The notes under the pieces are model-generated. The model ran no database searches and was not told where the DNA came from. It saw nothing but the letters and a program-made list of their open reading frames with translations. A DNA stretch of 64,000 bases from Hypanus sabinus. Taxonomy: Eukaryota. The stretch spans positions 27,094,001-27,158,000 of the forward strand of contig NC_082731.1 of the NCBI RefSeq assembly GCF_030144855.1. The letters run 5' to 3'. A program made the translations under genes and the position numbers. Shown here in pieces: positions 1 to 10,116 of the stretch (positions within the stretch are counted from its first letter, which is position 1; every line of letters starts with the position of its first letter).

Positions 1-690
1 CGGCCCCACTTTTCCCTGTGTAGCAGTGTGGGGAGAGTCCCAGCAGGTTAGAACCAGCACCATTCAGCCTGGTCTGTGTGGCCATGGTCCAGTTGGCACC
101 GTGCCCTGTGCTTTCTCTCCTATGACACTTCACCCACAGCACAGGTCAGCTTGTCCAGCTGTTTCACAGAAGTTGTGTCCCCGGTGGGGAGTCTGACATC
201 AGCATTTCACTGGTTGTTTCAGGCTCAGTCTGAAGGAATGAGAAAGGGACCATTTCTCTGCTCTGCCTGTCCTGTCAACCTGAATCAACTGTGTTTACTC
301 AGGAAGTCAAATGTTCTGAGTTCACAGTCCCCAGAGTCACCTGGAAATGGTTCTAAACAATGCAGCTGTCATTATTGACCAGTTAAACTATATTGATTCC
401 TATTTACTTGTTATATTTATTTACTTATATTTATTCTATTTGAAACCCACATTTCAATATTTTATCATCTTTGTCCCAGAGTGAATACTGTGAACTGAAT
501 ATCTCATTATTTTGCTCCTGATTGAAATTGTAACCTTCCCACCACTCCACTTCTCCTCCTAATGTTGAGTTTACTGCCCTTTCGATAGCAGAATCATTCT
601 GAAGCCTGTATGTGTCTGTTGACCATCTTACTGTTGGACAACAAAGTCCTCATCTTCTGTAATTTATACTGTCTGACACATACTCTCCCA

Positions 691-903
691 CTAGTCGCCT
701 ACTCCCAGAGCTCCTGCATGTTCTGCTGTGTCCACACAGTCCTCATCCACTATCAACAATCTATCATTGACAGAGTCAATCATGAGGTAAATGATGTCAC
801 GTCGGTGGGTCAGAACAAACCCCATCCACAAACCTGTCCAAGGTAATACTGTCAACTGCTCAAACCACATCTCCTCAACATATCCACCTGTCAAAGCTGT
901 CAA
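691..903 (-). mobile_element. Possible highly decayed LTR/retroviral-type reverse transcriptase fragment
   Basis: Minus ORF has QLTVLPW...DSVNDRLLIV, loosely like the RT TVLPQG...YVDDLLI motifs. Weak, by-eye similarity only. Confidence 0.25.
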
Positions 904-1117
904 TTGGTCAATTAATTAATTGATCTTGACGCTTTTACTGACCTTGGTAAGTCAACACATCTCATTTTCCAGTGAATTGAATTGAGAACCAGTGCTTTCA
1001 AGTGTATTTTGCACCTTAAGTGGCTGGGAATTGACACAACCGCATTTCCTCATGGGACTCTGGGCTGGTCGTTCAGTGAGAATATCACCTACATCTAACG
1101 GCATTTTAAGACTTCTC

Positions 1118-1380
1118 CACCTGCCCAGGAATCTCATGTGTTGGCCGACACTTCTCCACAGTCTGGAATAATATATTTCCACAGTTCCTCTGTCCTTTCT
1201 TATGCAAATTACCATTCCCTCCCGGTTACCCAGTAGTTTCCACAGGCTCAGTGGGGTTGAAATTCTTGCTCAGTCACACATGGTAAATATGTGAGGCAGT
1301 GTCAGCTGTATCATGTAGTCTGTTGAGTTGAATTTCAGAAGCAGAGTCCATTTCACAACCTCCACTATATTGCACACATG
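1118..1380 (+). promoter_or_regulatory. Candidate J-CH1 intronic enhancer motif cluster
   Basis: Perfect Ig octamer ATGCAAAT at 1202-1209, with E-boxes CACCTG 1118-1123, CATGTG 1135-1140, CACATG 1277-1282, CAGCTG 1303-1308 and CACATG 1375-1380, 0.5-0.7 kb upstream of CH1. Confidence 0.4.
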
Positions 1381-1845
1381 GTGCTGGAAACCAGGTATCA
1401 CTATATCCACACCAATCTCTCCTCTCATCAACAGCAACACCAAACTGATCAGAATTATTCAAATAAGTTACTTCTAAATCTTACTTCTTCTGAAAACTCT
1501 GCTGATCAGGGGCTAACAGACTTTTCAGAATCAGGAATTGTATTTGGATGAGAGACAGATTGTCACTTTGGTACTTTGACTGAAATCTGACCAATAGGAC
1601 ATTGGGTCACTGTTTCAGGCCTTCACTGAAGTGTTGGCCTGGACTGTGTGCCCAAGTTGCCACTGTGGGATTGATCCACACCCTCCTACCTCAGGGACAC
1701 AGACTCACAGCTGAGTGTTAAAGTGATATTGGCTTTGTTTGATGGGGTGAATAATTTTGAGAATTACTGCTTTATATAATGTCTCCTTTCTCTGTCAGTA
1801 ATGCATTTATTCAGGGAACCATCTGTGAATTTCTTTTCACTTCAG

Positions 1846-2160
1846 AGTTCAAGTCCACACCATTAGTCTACATCACAAGTTCCTGCAACACAGAATCTGA
1901 CCAAGGCATCAGGCTCCTCTGTCTGGTCAAGGACTATCAGCCTGAGAGCATCAGTCAGACATGGTCCACTAACAGTGGGGACATCACCACAGGAATCAAG
2001 AAATACCCGGCGGTGTTGGGGCAAAATTCAAAGTACACGATGAGCAGCTTGCTCGAAGTCTCTGCGGCAGACTGGAAGAAGAATAAAGTCTACTACTGCA
2101 AGGCAGGGTACAAGCCAAATGAGATTCAGACAGCGGAGTGGCAGAAACCTCAACCTCAAT
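1846..2160 (+). CDS. IgW: IgW CH1 exon
   Basis: Acceptor ttcttttcacttcag|, donor |gttagt, 315 nt. Reads (E)FKSTPLVYITSSCNTE...LLCLVKDYQPESISQTW...DWKKNKVYYCKAGYKP, with domain Cys-Trp-Cys plus an N-terminal Cys at the usual light-chain-bonding position. Confidence 0.96.
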
Positions 2161-3039
2161 GTTAGTATCAGAAATGATTTATATTTAAAGCTGCACTGAT
2201 GTCAGAACATAAATCTGGAGTAGGAAGTTTTGTCAGATAATGTAGGAGCATGGCAACTAACTCCTTTATTCTGCTCTTACAATGGCAGTGAGTAACGTAT
2301 GAAAGTCGATATGAGCAGCGAAACTCGGTATCAGGATCTGCCTCCATTGTATCTGCTCCATTGTCTAATTTCAGGAGCCTCTCCACCATCCCGTCCCACT
2401 AAACCCTCTCTACAGATCAGCTCCTGTAGACAGACAGAGACTGCTGGCTCATCGTACCCCTGTACACAAAACAACAATTTAAACTTTATCCCACTCCTCC
2501 TGCACTTTCCCCTCCATCCTGCAGCTGCTTCCTGTTCTGGTAAAAGCATCCCTGGTGAATGTGATGAAGGAATCCACTCCACTGCCCTTCTTTAACCATC
2601 TTCTCACAGATCTGAACAAGCCTTTGCAGATACAACAAAATAATTCCCTCCTGTCCATCTGTTCTTCTTTCCCATTGAAAGTAAAATTGTGTTTCCCAAA
2701 CTCACCAGTGAAAGCAGTACCACACCATGTACTCCTGCTCACAGGAGCTGGTCTCAGTCATTCTCCATTAAACAACTAGATCACGGCAGATCTGCACCTT
2801 AACCCCATGACCCACCTCTCTGCATTATCATAGCATAGTGGGACACGCTGCTGGGAGACCCAAGTGATAGACCCAGCCCTCCCACTCACTGGTGTGAACC
2901 ATCAGTTCATCAGATCAGCTGTAAATTAACACCATTCTTGAGAGGGCTGGAATTGGGGAACTTACCTGGGATGAGGGGGAATTAAGTCAAAAACATGGGC
3001 AAAGCAATCATGTACTGACAGATATTAAATGTGTTCCAG

Positions 3040-3339
3040 CTCCGAAGCTCAGCTCCCTTGTTCCATCCCGGGAGGTGATCCAAAGACAAGCAAATGCTGT
3101 CCTGGGCTGTGTGATATCTGGATTCTCTCCCGACAATGTTCAGGTATCCTGGAAAAATGCTGGATCTGCCCAAGAAGGCATCGTTCTCCCTTCCACTCCG
3201 AGATCTAATGGTACATTTGAAACAATCACTTACCTGACAGTGCCTGTGCAGGAATGGACCAAGAAACAGGAATATTCTTGTGAAGTGAAGCACACACTTT
3301 CCGGTTTCAGTGGTCAGGTCAACATGACGTATCAAGAGG
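3040..3339 (+). CDS. IgW: IgW CH2 exon
   Basis: Acceptor gtgttccag|, donor |gtgagt, 300 nt. Reads SPKLSSLVPSREV...AVLGCVISGFSPDNVQVSW...EWTKKQEYSCEVKH...YQE. Confidence 0.96.
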
Positions 3340-4022
3340 GTGAGTAATGTCTGAAGAAAAATTAATTAACTTACAGCACTAAACTACCTAACTGATACTC
3401 CCACACAATTCCTGTCCTTACTGTCAATCTTGTTGAGTGATGTACAGATGATCTTTGCACTTTGAATCAACTCATATCACCAGCAGCTTTAACCCCATCT
3501 ACTGGGCAGGAAAGGTGTAAGATTAGGGTCACCTGTCCATTGTGTCTCAATTGTTCTAGTTGTGTCTGTTTGTAGTTATATTGAAAATAAGTTAGTGAGC
3601 AAAGCTGACATCTCATGCTGTCCCATCTGGAGAAAATCTCTCTTTCCCCTTTTCACTGTCTTCGCAGTGTTAGTTCCTCAAAAAATATCTCTGCAATTTC
3701 ATATTTGCTTCAGTCCCCAGAGGCTGTTTCCAGTGTTTCCTGAGAGACAGAAGAGTCAATTGTCCACTCACCGAAATGTAGGTGTCTGGATTATTTTTGA
3801 ATTGACGCCCAATCCGCGAGTGAATGTTCGGACCTTGTGTCCTCAGATCCTTGACCAGGTTCAGAGAGCACATGCTATTATCATGGCTGACAACAACCTC
3901 ATCCCGATAGGATGTGATATACAGAGGATAGAGAGTGGGAATATGTGGGGCTCCCTTTTTCCAATCATGGGAAAAGAGCTGAAAATATCTAACACTTAAA
4001 TCTATGAATCTTCCATTTTCAG

Positions 4023-4153
4023 GTGGAAACTGTCCCCGCTGTGTTTTGTAGCCTGTGCCAAGGTTAATTTACCAGAGTAATCTCAATGCAACATTCTCAG
4101 ATGGTTCAAACCAAGAGTATCATTGTTCAGCAGGAAAGTGTGAAATAAAGTGA
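4023..4153 (+). pseudogene. IgW: IgW short-form Cys-rich secretory tail exon (Sec1) with premature TAG
   Basis: Acceptor ttccattttcag|. Phase-1 reading GGNCPRCVL*PVPRLIYQSNLNATFSDGSNQEYHCSAGKCEIK*, TAG at 4049-4051, AATAAA at 4144-4149. Resembles the Cys-rich tail of two-domain skate IgX/IgW as I recall it. Confidence 0.88.
4144..4149 (+). terminator. Polyadenylation signal of Sec1
   Basis: AATAAA overlapping the last codons (GAA ATA AAG TGA). Confidence 0.75.
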
Positions 4154-4329
4154 TTGGTTGTGTATACAATTCATCATTGAATTTCATAACAATCCATTTA
4201 CTCGATTCCTGACCTGCCCCTGGTATCCATTGGGATAGAAATTTAACAGAGAGAGAAGAAAACACATGATTAAAACTGACTACCTCTCCAATCACATTTC
4301 TATTCGACTTTCTATTATCCTTGTGGTCA

Positions 4330-4950
4330 CCTTTTTCAATTTGACTTCCCATTTCCATTCTGCCATGTTTGTCCATGGCCTCTTCTACTGCCATGGTGAG
4401 GCCAAAGTCAGGTTGGAGTAGCAACACCTCATATTCCATCCAGATATCTGCCAACCTAATAGCTTGAGTTCTAATTTTTGCAACCTCCAGTAATCTACCC
4501 TGGTTCTTTATTCTCCTTTCTTTTTAATCGCCATATTGGATACTGCCTCATTCTAACACTTCTCCTCATCTGCCCATCATCTACATTTGGTTCCCCTCCT
4601 CTTGAACACTTTCCTCCATGGTGCACTGTCCTGTCAGATTCCTTCTGACTCAGCCATTTATCTCTTCCACTTATCCCCCACCAGCTTCTTACTTCATACC
4701 CCCTCCCCATTCACACCCTTCCCCCCTCACCTGGTCTCACCTCTCATCTGACAGAATGTATTCCTCTCCACTCTACTCACCTCTTATTCTGGCTTCTGCA
4801 CATTTCCTTTCCAGTACCGGTGAAGCCGTTCGGCCTGAAAGATCGACTGTTTATTTCCCGCTATAGATGATGCTTGACTTCCCATGTTCCTCCAGCATTT
4901 TGTGTGTGTTGCTCAAGATTTCCAGCATCTGTAGAATCTCTTGTGTTTCT
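4330..4950 (+). mobile_element. Penelope-like element 3' fragment (GIY-YIG C-terminus plus terminal repeat)
   Basis: EAKVRLE*QHLIF-like relic, a pyrimidine-rich stretch, then the typical elasmobranch ...cctccagcattttgtgtgtgttgct...ttccagcatctg end. Confidence 0.65.
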
Positions 4951-6049
4951 GGTTGTCCACACACTCATTCATTTGTGTACATTGTTGCTTCAGTGGGACT
5001 CAGATCCCAATTCCAGATTCCTTGGCCAGATTCCCTCCTGTCTGACTCCAGTCAGCAAGAACTGGAACCTGTCTTTCACCCAGTGGCTGTGAGGCACGAG
5101 GTGATGAAGGTGAACGGGGCTGAAATTCCAAATTGACTCAGTCAAAGGACGGATGACCCTTTGATAATGTTGGCACAAGACAAATTGGTGAGACAAAACA
5201 CAGGGGTCTGCTGTCCAATTGCAAAGTTACATTGATCCATGTGCCGGACACTGAATTCAGTACAAAAGGGAAACTCAGTGATCCCAAGGAATGTCCAAAG
5301 GAGAATGTTTTGATAGAATTACCCAAGCATTGACAGGATTATATGCTTCTTGTGGAATAACACCAGCATTCAGCAATAAGGGGAGTGATCTTGACTCGGT
5401 CAGATTTTATGAGAGGATCGCATTTCCCAGGGACTGCTGAACATCAAGACCAGGCTGATATGGGACCTAACTGAGAAACCTGCCAAAACACGTTTAACAA
5501 CTTCACAGTGCTGATTAAACTGGGATTCACAATTCCATGACCCTTCAACGTACACCTAGGTTTGCAGATTTGTGATATTACATGACAACAATGATCATCT
5601 AGACTGCACGCATGGATTTTCTGTTTTAATCTTACTGACATGAGAAAGGTTAAGAAATCCATATCATACTTTGTCAGATGATCCGTCCCAGTCAGACTGG
5701 ACTGTGTGTGTTACATCTGCTCTTTCTTCAGACAAAGACACTGACTCACAGTCTCACTGAAGGACTCAACCGTGACACAAACACAATCAGCCTCCACACT
5801 AAATGTCAAAGAACAAAAACACCCATGTTCTTGAAGGTGACCGAGTGTGTAAATGGTGTATACAAAGTGCAGAGAGCTGCAATGTAAGTGAACTGATGAT
5901 CATGTATTGGGAGACGGCCTTAACAACTTCACACAAAACCGACACTAACCCAGAGGACAGGTGACCCAACACTTGATCAAAGAGCTGTTTTATTCATTTA
6001 TCATTTCCTATCAATCACTGATTGCTCTGGAACTGAGGGACTTGCTGCC

Positions 6050-6290
6050 TCATTCCTGATGGTGATTCAGGTTCAGCCGTGTTGCTGCAGGACTGGAGTC
6101 ACAGACCAGCCGGATCAGATGGGACTTCTCTCCGGAAGTTATCACAGGGAATAACACTACAAATACCTCTGTAGTCTTCTTTTTATTCCAAAAAACAGTT
6201 CTGAATTGAATTTAAACTCTCATCCACGGGGTTGGGATTTGAACCCATTTTGCCAGTTCATCAGCCCAGCAACTTAACGATACACTCTGA
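6050..6290 (-). repeat. tRNA-derived SINE-like relic
   Basis: Reverse-complement B-box-like GGGTTCAAATCCC near 6234-6246; the rest is degenerate. Confidence 0.4.
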
Positions 6291-6894
6291 CCGTGGCTGC
6301 TCATTTCAAGAGAGACAGAAGCTTCAATGTTTGTAAGCACAAACGCTAAAATCACAGGCACCAGTAGAAGTAGTGCCCATTTATGAATGAGCAGAGTTGA
6401 AAAAACATGATGTTTTCCAAAGTTTGTGTGGGTTTTGAAGGTTGCAGGGAAGGTTGCATAGCCACAGTAAGACTGGAATGTCGGGATGTGAAGTTATTAA
6501 ACTGAGTGAATCCCAGGCTCAGCCAGATGGAGAAAGGGATTCTCATTGATTCACAGTGTTCATTGTTACTGATCAATGGCACTGAGTCTCCAAGCAAAGA
6601 ATATACTGAGCTGTGTCTGTGCTGAGAAATCTGCATGCTTCTCTGTCTCACAGTGAACCAATTGGTACAATTATTAGAAAGGGATTCAAAACCGAGTTAG
6701 CATATACTTTGTTCTGATTTTCTTTTCTGAATCAAAACTTGGAGTAATATGAGACACGTGATTCAGTCCTGGGTGTTTCTGTTATTCTGTTTGCATTAAA
6801 TGCAGCTGTCATGTACTGATGATCTGTCTTGACCTAACACACCCAATCGAAATATCTCCATAAGATTCTGAGCATTTCCATTTCTAATCCACAG

Positions 6895-7197
6895 AATTGT
6901 CAGTCTTTATTCAAAGTCCCGACATTGAAGAGATGTGGATCGACAAGACTGCTACCGTGAAGTGCACGGTTCTCTGTACAGATCCCGAAGATACCCACAT
7001 CTCTTGGCACATGGCCGGGAAGGAGAAAACAAAAGGAATTTACACACATCAAGCGGAGAGGGACGGGTCCCAATACAGAGTGCTCAGTGAACTCCAGATC
7101 AGCGTGGAGGAGTGGTTCATTGGGGTGGAGTACGAGTGCTCTGCTCAGGAATCTTCTTCATCTTCCCGAGTGTCAGCACAGACCAATAGTACCAAAG
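6895..7197 (+). CDS. IgW: IgW CH3 exon
   Basis: Acceptor tttctaatccacag|, donor |gtgggc, 303 nt. Reads ELSVFIQSPDIEEMWIDKTATVKCTVLC...ISW...EEWFIGVEYECSAQ...STK. Confidence 0.95.
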
Positions 7198-7282
7198 GTG
7201 GGCAAGAGTCCAGCGATTAAATTGCCAGCATTTGTTACCTGAGTCAAAATGTTTGACTTTTCTGTTTTCTTGTCTCTTCCAG

Positions 7283-7600
7283 TCGAGATAAAAAGTCCCA
7301 AGGTCAGACTGCTGCCTCCACCTCAGGAAGAGACCAAGAAAAGGCAAACGGCCACACTGGAGTGTGTGGTCTCTGGATTCTACCCGGACCAAATAAATGT
7401 CATTTGGAGGAAAGCCAGCACCGTGATCACCTCCAACACCAGCGCTACACCGACTGCTCTGGAGCAGGGGTGGACTTTCAGTACCAGACACTTCCTGACC
7501 GTGAGTTTACAGGAGTGGAAGACAGAATCAGTCTTCAGCTGTACCGTGATTCATCCTCCCTCCAACAGCAGTATCAAGAAGCAAGTGAAGAATGTCCCAG
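7283..7600 (+). CDS. IgW: IgW CH4 exon
   Basis: 85-nt intron after CH3, acceptor tgtctcttccag|, donor |gtaagg, 318 nt. Reads VEIKSPKVRLLPPP...ATLECVVSGFYPDQINVIW...SVFSCTVIHP. Confidence 0.96.
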
Positions 7601-7849
7601 GTAAGGTTCTTGTACTCACCCCATCATCAAAATTGTTTACATTGTGCTATGAATTCAAGGTAAACACTAAATCAGAGTTGTTCTGGCTTAGTTAATTAAG
7701 GGAACTGATAAAGTTCAAAGTACAAATTACGTTTATCAACAAAGTCTGTGCACCATATAAAACCTTGAGATTCTCTTCTTGCAGGCAGTCACAAAACAAA
7801 GAAACACAATAGAATTCAGAGTCAAACATCCAATGTATGAAAACGAACG

Positions 7850-8057
7850 AACAGTTGGACAGGTACGTGGATTGGAAGGGCTCCCAACCATTTTCTATGC
7901 CATGGACCCCGAACATTAACCAGGGGTTGTGAACCCCTGGTTTAGAAGGATATGGATCAAACAGTGGCAAATGGGCCTAGTTTGGAAGGGTATCTTGTTC
8001 AGAATGGACTTGTTGGACCAAAGGGTCTGTTTCCATGCAGTGTAGCTCTATAATTCT
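7850..8057 (+). repeat. CR1/HER1-type LINE (or HE1 SINE) 3' tail fragment
   Basis: ggtttagaaggatatgg...ggacttgttggaccaaagggtctgtttcc...ctctataattcta motif, which recurs at CR1 3' ends in this window. Confidence 0.6.
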
Positions 8058-8965
8058 AAAAGTCAAATTGAGCAAACAATAAAATTTAAACAAACATTCA
8101 ACAGAACTTGAACCGCAGAGTCCCCTAAAGTAAATCCACAGCGACGTCACCAGTTCAGCACTGCAACCGGTCCAGGAGACCAATGGCTGCAGGCCACGGC
8201 CACGGAGCCAGGTTCAGTGCTGAGGTGAGTGCCGATGGCTGCAAGCCACAGCTGCAGAGTCAGTTCAGTGCTGAGACGAGTGAAGCCTCATAGAGTAGTG
8301 AGCCGAATTCCTAACTTACCTTCAACCTCAACGCCTTAATCTTTTTAATTTCAAATGGCACTGAAAAATGGCCAATCATCTGTTTGTTTCTGCTTTCAAC
8401 CAACATAATCCAGGCTTTCACCATAGAAATAAGTGTATCCCAGAAAATACTTTCAGAACTTAAGGGTAATCCGGATCGTTTCACTGGACAGGCTCTCTGG
8501 AGATCACTGATACTTGTCTTCAAAATGTTCCCTCCCTCTGCCTTTGAACATAATCCCAGACTCCGAGTAGTGTCTCAGTTGTGACTGAATTTCCAGCAGA
8601 GCAGCTCTCCCTCTGCTCCTGTGTGGGAACAGTCAGCCTGGACAATGTGTAGAAGCCTCTGGAGGGCGGCTTGAACACACAACATTCTGACAAAGCAGAG
8701 GCATATGTTAGTTACGCCTTGAGAAAAAAAGGTATTTTTAAGCATTTGTGACAAAAAGTAAATATTTCTGCTACTTCAATTTTAAAATATGAAGTGTATT
8801 TTCAGAAATATTTTCACTTGAAACTTTGCTCCTGTTCCACCGACACAATGTGAAATACTGGTTATTTTCTGTATTTGTTTTAATAAGTTGCTGGTAACAG
8901 TTTAAGTGACCATGAAACTACAAAAACAATGTAAAGGCCAATCTTGTTCATTTACGTTCCCTCAG

Positions 8966-9093
8966 GGTGTTTACACTGTCTGCTCAATAAGGGAGATTCC
9001 TTTCTTCACCAATCTAGATTGGTTTCATCTCATCTTGATGGGGCTGGCAAATCATTGACCAGAGATGAACAGAAATGCTGGTCTTGTCAGTGA
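8966..9093 (+). CDS. IgW: IgW second Cys-rich secretory tail exon (Sec2), for a four-domain secreted form
   Basis: Acceptor tttacgttccctcag|. Phase-1 reading GCLHCLLNKGDSFLHQSRLVSSHLDGAGKSLTRDEQKCWSCQ*, which aligns without gaps to Sec1 (CxxCxL-x8-QSxL-x5-DG). Confidence 0.8.
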
Positions 9094-9145
9094 CAAACTC
9101 GTCTATTGGGGAATGGTGAAATAATAATTGTGACGTTTCTCCCAG

Positions 9146-9466
9146 ATGAACGTCCAGATACCCACCTCTCAGTCACTTTAAGCAAACCTTCCTTCGAAGA
9201 GATCTGGATGAAGAGGACAGCGACCATTCTGTGTGAGGTGGTTCACAGTGATTTACAGGGATTCAGTGTAACCTGGCAGGTGGATGGAAGGAAGAGTGAA
9301 GATGGGGTGAGGACTGTGGGTCCAGACAGCAATGGAGGTGAAGACATGATCACCAGCAGACTGACAGTCCCCGCTGCAGAGTGGAACAGTGGGGCTGAGT
9401 ACTCGTGTGTGATAGAGGACGAGAGTTTGCCAACACCGGTGAGGAAATCCATCAGGAAGGACACAG
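9146..9466 (+). CDS. IgW: IgW CH5 exon
   Basis: Acceptor tttctcccag|, donor |gtacgt, 321 nt. Reads DERPDTHLSVTLSKPSFEEIW...ATILCEVV...VTWQV...EWNSGAEYSCVI. Confidence 0.96.
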
Positions 9467-9539
9467 GTACGTGTGGACAGAATTCAGTGTGAGTCTGATC
9501 TCAGCAATCTGACATATTTATCACTTTCCAGCAGGGTGA

Positions 9540-9770
9540 TAGACTATAGAAAATGAGAACAGGAGTAAGTCATTGGGTCTCTCGATCTGCTCAACCATTC
9601 AGTCTGTTCTCAGCTGATCATCCAAATTCAATTCCTGTTCCTGCTTTCTCTAGATATCCTTTGACCCATTCACATGAAGAAGTATATACAACCCATTCTT
9701 GAATATATTACATGATAATTCTTCAAGTGCTTTCTGTGGGAGAGAGTTCCACAGGTTTTCACTCCCTCTC
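9540..9770 (-). repeat. CR1/HER1-type 3' tail fragment
   Basis: Reverse orientation of the tail motif (...aacaggagtaagtcatt...ctgctcaaccattca...gagagttccacagg). Confidence 0.55.
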
Positions 9771-10116
9771 ACACGTACAGAGATTGCCACCCCTGCTCCA
9801 GGGGAGATGGAACAAACAGCACAGGATGATGCAAGTCCAGGGGCTGAGTTCCACTTTCTGTTCAGTGGCTGTGTTCAGCGACTCCCATTGATTGAACTGA
9901 ATGGACTAACCTCGCTGGAAGCTGTAAAATGCAGCAGGTTCAAGATTTCCACTCCACAAATCCCAATGATGAGCAGAAAGGGAAAAGCCTTTAGTTTCAG
10001 ATAAACTGAAATCTCTCAGATTTAGAAATTGTTCATGTTGGTACAAGATCAGAAAGTGTTGGGTAAGGAGGGAATTATTGGATGATTCATTCTAACTGAG
10101 ATTCTTTCTGTTCCAG

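Noticed and set aside
1661-1720. Perfect CACTGTG heptamer followed by a vaguely J-like sequence
   Set aside because: No nonamer at 12 or 22/23 spacing, and no F/W-G-x-G motif.
2375-2460. Pro-rich segment (GASPPSRPTKPS) after tttcag|, resembling a hinge exon between CH1 and CH2
   Set aside because: CH1 ends in T, so the junction codon would be T|GA (stop), and no convincing donor follows.
5429-5445. 16-nt exact match (agggactgctgaacat) with 20789-20804
   Set aside because: The flanks do not align, and one such match is roughly expected by chance in 64 kb.
5732-5883. Cryptic exon with a strong acceptor and a GTAAGT donor
   Set aside because: 152 nt (not a multiple of 3), stops after 9 codons in phase 1, and has no Ig or tail similarity. 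At most a poison exon, with no evidence for use.
6553-6680. CACAGTG heptamers at about 6553 and 6650 (also 10882)
   Set aside because: No ACAAAAACC-like nonamer at the correct spacing; expected by chance.
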